Shown here: piece by piece, positions 59,401-64,000 of the stretch
Layout of the letters: every line of letters starts with the position of its first letter
How positions within the stretch are numbered: the stretch's first letter is position 1
Origin: Bilabrum cf. latius
Lineage: Eukaryota
DNA length: 64,000 nt
Assembly (NCBI GenBank): GCA_965178125.1
Contig: OZ237769.1
Coordinates: forward strand, 434,001-498,000
Reading direction: 5' to 3'
Made by a program: the position numbers and the translations under genes
The notes under the pieces: model-generated
The model's input: only the letters and a program-made list of their open reading frames with translations
Databases searched by the model: none
What the model was told of the DNA's origin: nothing

Positions 59401-62174
59401 CCCCTCCTTCGACCAAGAGGCGTGCACAAGCGGTGCTGTCGCTCTTGGAACAAGTTCGGGGCATGATGCCAGCGCGGAGCATCGGCGGCTCGGGCTCGGG
59501 CTCGGGCAGTGCCTCGAGCTCCGGCTTGTCTTCACCGGAGCGGGGCCCCTCTAGTCGAGGCGGGGCTAGGGCAGTTGGTTTGGGAGTAAATGCTACTGCC
59601 CGGTCTGGCAGTTGGACAGAGACGGTGAAGCCAGGCACCCTGCGGCTGCAAGACCAGGTTGAGGCGGTGCTGCTGCTGCGGTGCCTCGCGCAGGCCCGGG
59701 GGCTCCTCATTCGGGCCAGCAGCGCGGTGTCTTTCCTGGCTCGGCTAGGCATGGCTGGGTCAGCTGCGATCGCGACTGAGGCTCTGGTGAGACACGGCGG
59801 GCGGGGTGCACGCAACAGGCGGAGAACAACCGGGGAAGAGCAGGCCCGGTCGGTCGCCTCCCCCTCTGTGCAGATGGAGCTGGATCACTGTTGCAAGTGC
59901 CTAGAGACGGCGCTGAGGTCGATGGCCGGAGCACAGATCGACGTGTCGACCGCCACCATGGCGCTCTTTGGCCTGGGGGCACGGCGAGGGGCTTGGGGAG
60001 CGGGGGTGGATGGCTTCGCATCTGCAGCTGAGCAGGTACATCGCCTCCGTTCCGTCCTGGAGATGGGTCGCCGGATGCTGGTTCAGGTGCGCCGGGCGCT
60101 TGGCCTCGTGGGGAGTGGGACGATGGTGACCACTGGCGGCGAGGGCACCGGCGCCCATGAGGAGTCCAGATGGCGTGCGGGGCCAGCTTCAGGTACTGCC
60201 GTGCATGACGATGGCGATGACGACTACGACATGTTGACGCCCTTGCAATCACTTGCAGCACGGGCTGGCGGATCCCCGCATTCCAGCAGGGTACTGCGGC
60301 ACCCGCAAGGGCCTGATGAGCCGGCTGTGGAGGAATCGAGTGAGGCCGCGAGCCCGGTGCTTCCCCGTGCAGCAGGCGCAGTTGCACGTGAACAGCCGCG
60401 CGATGGTTCCGTGGGTACACAGGATGATCCCAGGAGCGATGAGGGGCGCACGGGGGGCGGACTGGTGGGAGGGTAGGGCACTAAAGAGGACGATGAGGAG
60501 GATCTGGTGGATCTGGCGCTGGTGGAGGCGGGGGCGCGCGTGGCCGTACTGCAAGCGGTGGACCAGATGCAAGACATTGACGGTGCAGCAGGGGACGGAG
60601 AGGAAGCGGTGGCACCTGATGGGCAGGAAGCCACTGCCCCGGCTCCCTCTTCCTCGTATTCCACCAGAAGAGAGGGCCAGCCGCTGCCAGTCACCGCACC
60701 TTCGTCTGCACCTGCACCTGTACCTGCACCTGCAGACAGTTCGTCTAGCGGTGGCATGCCTAAGCCCTTGATGGAAGACGAGCCCCGTTCGCAGTCCAAA
60801 CGAGGCAGACGGGCGGGCAGGAGGCACAGGAACAGGAACAGGAAGAGAGGGGGCAAGAAGTAGGCCAGTGGGGGTGCAGGCAATGAAGGCGGCCAAGAGG
60901 ACCACGGGGGTGGGGCTGCCCTGCATGCCGAGCAGGTCAGCTTGGGCGAAAAGGATGCTTCTGCACCGCACTAGGATGCACTGGAGGGCATGGATGCAAC
61001 ATAGGGCACTGTAGGTGCAGACCAGGCTGTGGCCAGACAAAGCATCGAGCTTGAGGTAGGCATAGGTAGCAGTGACCCAGGCAACGGTCGTGTTCGGACT
61101 AGCGACCGGCACCAGCACGATGGAATCGAGACACATCTGGGCAAGGGTGAAGACCAGGACGAGGAGCAGAAGGAGGGGGAGAACGAGGACGGCAGCCCCA
61201 CGGAGTTGGAGGGGTGGGTGCAGGTGGTGCCCTGGAGGCACACGCTGAGGAGGACCAGCAGCATGGACTGCGTGCTGGCCAGGGAACAGTTGCTGCGTGG
61301 GTCGCATCGGCTGCAGGAGGCAGTGCGGGAGAATCTAGCCAAGGCAGCAGCAAGGCGGAACGGTGCAGGAGACGGCGCAGTGAACCACGCGGGAGGAGGC
61401 GAGGACGAGGACAAGGATGAGGACTTGTCAGATGCCGAGTCTGTCGGTGCGCTGTCCATTCGCAGCACCCCTGGGCCAGGTGGTTGCAGCACATTGGATC
61501 TCTGCACCACTGCTGCTGTGGACCTGTACGCACAGCTGGCACGCAGCGAGCACAGGCAGGTGGGCCTCGTCAGGCCCGCAGCAGGCTCGGTCCCCTCCCA
61601 CGCCCATGGGGCCCATTGCGGCGGGATACCCGTGTGCCGGCCCTCTCCCAACCCGCAGGATCTGCCCGCGCCACGGTGGCACCAGGGCCAGCCGGGTAAC
61701 TGCGGCCAACATATGCAGTGGAGCGCTTCAGGTGGTGTCCAGCACGCTCCCATGCACCACCATGCGGTGCACCAGATGCAACCACCCCGCTGGGCCCGGC
61801 CCCCGCCTCCCGTGCAATTCGGGTACCAGGTTCACTCGCACGGGATGTGCCCCGCGCCCTTCGCTGGCCCAGGGATTGCTCCCAGTATCGGCATGCATCA
61901 GGCCCGTCCGATTCAGCATGCCCAGCGGGATGCGGCTGTGATGGGCCCGTGCAAGCTCCCGCACACGCGCTGGCTGCCACCTCCTGCATGGGCGGCTGGA
62001 GCAGCAGCGGCCCGAGGCGCAGTCCCGTGGGCGGGCGGCAGAGAGCCCGCACGAGTCCATGCACGAGTGCCCGTGGTGCCAGCGGAAGCACCAGGGACAC
62101 ACGGCTCGGGAGCGGCGACTCCATCTCCCCAGCCACAGCCAGCCGCAGTCTCTCGCGAGGGACACTGCGGGTGA
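56458..62174 (+). CDS. Very large hypothetical low-complexity protein spanning an assembly gap
   Basis: ORFs 56458, 57460, 58030 and 58423 share one frame. ORFs 59286, 60507 and 61029 share one frame after the gap. All internal ORF ends are TAG and the final stop is TGA. Could be two genes. Confidence 0.6.
59020..59219. other. Assembly gap (200 N)
   Basis: Run of N. Confidence 1.
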
Positions 62175-62487
62175 GGGGCCAGCACACGATCGGAGGAACG
62201 GAGGGTTCCGTAGCAGGGTATTATGGCAGCGATTGATATACATGTGGAATGAATAATTGTAAACGATGCGAAGATTCTTCTATGGAGCCGAACACCCAGA
62301 CGAGGAAGAATCAAACTCCTGCTCGCCAAAGCGCCGCCGCCCTCTCCACACCGCACTCGTTCCCCCCAACCCTGCGCGAGAGTCCCTAGCTTGCACGCAT
62401 ATGACTCAACACTATGCCTGCTCGCCCCAGCATGCCAGGACCAGCCGCTAGACGACACCCCGCCGCCACACCTATCCTAGCAGCAGC

Positions 62488-63417
62488 TCAGTACAGGCTC
62501 TTCTTGGCCTGCTCTGCGCGCATCTTCTCCTCACGGATGCGCAGCTTCTCCTGGGTCTTGAGGCCCATGATGCCGCCACCGAACTTGCGGCGCGAGTCGG
62601 TGTTGTTGTTGAACTTGGCCATGGCCATCTCCTTCACCTCCTCCAGTGCAGCAACGTCTCCCTCGTCCACCCTAGTGAAGCAAGCAACGGTGGTGGTCTT
62701 CTGCTTGCCGCAGAACTCACCAAGGCGCGACTTGTTGTTGAAGATCACGTACGGGACGTCCATCTTGCGGCACAAGGCGGGCAGCCAGATCACGAGCTCG
62801 ATGGGCTCCACATCGGCGGCGATCACAACCAGCTGAGCCTTCTTCTGCTCGATCAGGGTGGTCACATGCTTCAATCCGTACTTGATGAAGTTCTTGTACT
62901 CCATCGTGCCGTTGCCGGTGCCGGCAGCCTTGGCGTCCGCGGCCTCCTTCATGCGGGCAGCCTTCTCGGCGCGGGTCTCTGCCTGGTACTTGGTCAGCAG
63001 CTTGACCAGACCGCGAGCCTCGGCCTTGTCAAGGGCCATACGGAACTGGTTCACAGACGGGGGAGTGCGCAGGCGCTGCTTGAGTACCTTCCGCTGGCGC
63101 TGCACCCTGATGTACCTAGGCCAGCGCACGAAGCGGCCGAGGTCGCGCTCGGGCTGCACATCGCCACCGATCCGGAAGTTCTTCGGGCGAGAAGGGAACA
63201 GGGCACTGCCTGCCTTCTTGCTCTTGCCGGTGCGCGCACGGGAGGACTGCAACGTGAAACCAATCAGGTGAAAAAGCATCGAACATTGAAGTGCAAGAGC
63301 GAACCGGGACGATATCACTGAATCCAATGATACTACAGGCACACAAGAGCAATGGGAGATTTTATGCATTATCTAGATATACCAAAAAGGGTAACATGCG
63401 CCGTTGAGGCTCACCAT
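62488..63417 (-). CDS. RPL7A: 60S ribosomal protein L7a (eL8); ATG micro-exon 63415-63417 and exon 63246-62488
   Basis: RPKNFRIGGDVQPERDLGRFVRWPRYIRVQRQ, KYGLKHVTTLIEQKKAQLVVIAADVEPIELVIWLPALCRKMDVPY. ATG|GTGAGC..TTGCAG intron. No TAG. Ends TGA. Confidence 0.97.
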
Positions 63418-63558
63418 AGCTCCGAAACAACCTTTTGTTAGCTGGTGGTGCTTCCATTGGCAACGATCGGATCATAACTCCGAATCATCACTGTACAATG
63501 ACCCTATTTGCAATTCTGGGCATTGGACAATCTTCCAGTTGACACTGAATACAGGACC

Positions 63559-64000
63559 ATGGAAAGTACTTAGATGATTGCTGCGAGATAGGCTGGCGTA
63601 AAGGTTCAAGATTTACCCAAGGAAAAAGATGCTAAGGATGGTTTGTCGGTGAGTTGCACTATGGTCCAAGTTCCCCTGCGTTCTGAGTCGCTTGCAGCCT
63701 GTTGGCCGCAGTACGCGAGCTAATTTGTTACAAACACTCATAAATATCGTGCAGGGATGGGTGGATTGGGCTGTAGAATCGTATGACTATGTATACAAAC
63801 AGTCGCAACCGGTGAGGCTATTTCTTCGATTCTGGCCAAAGCAATTGCCTGAGTTTTCCATTGAAGTATGCGTAGAGTGCCTTTTGAAATACCATGTACT
63901 GTGCTCGCAGTGGCTTGGATACGGATAGAAGGCAGCCGGCTTTGCGATTGCGGCTGTGTTGCTGGTCGGCGTTCCGGTCATGCTTGAGAGTTCCCGAGAA
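63559..64000 (+). CDS. Tom22/Tom9-like mitochondrial import receptor, 3' truncated; probable exons 63559-63648, 63698-63812, 63911->64000
   Basis: G[TAG]KAAGFAIAAVLLVGVPVMLESSRE resembles the plant-type Tom22 TM segment KAAWI...LILVVPLIIEMDRE. TAG at codons 5 and 11. Canonical splice sites. Confidence 0.5.

Noticed and set aside
193-63417. Genes are pseudogenes, or the stops are sequencing errors
   Set aside because: Interruptions are exclusively TAG with no frameshifts, TAA or TGA. They affect essential genes and fall on conserved Gln positions.

Overview
Gene-dense, GC-rich eukaryotic nuclear DNA with short GT-AG introns and about 22 protein-coding genes. COX6B and CEP19 point to an aerobic, flagellated protist; a heterotrophic stramenopile is a guess. 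The main signal is a variant nuclear genetic code. Almost every gene is broken by in-frame TAG codons (roughly 100 by my manual count) and never by in-frame TAA or TGA. All complete genes end in TGA or TAA. TAG falls on conserved glutamines (COX6B FPNxNQ, MINDY oxyanion Gln, eRF1 PPKxQI) and inside poly-CAG runs. This gives UAG=Gln with UAA and UGA as stops, a rare uncoupling of UAG from UAA. The window also holds the eRF1 gene, which has two TAG codons in its stop-decoding N domain and substitutions around the GTS, TASNIKS and YxCxxxF motifs. Other content: importin-7/8, a Crinkler-type P-loop NTPase, two secreted beta-helix proteins, MINDY3/4, PIP5K, a very long CNBD K+ channel, a coding 27-bp minisatellite, BOP1, LEO1, NOL10, a zinc-knuckle protein, an RRM protein, RPL7A and a Tom22-like gene. 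Gene models and family assignments were made by eye from remembered motifs, with no database search.
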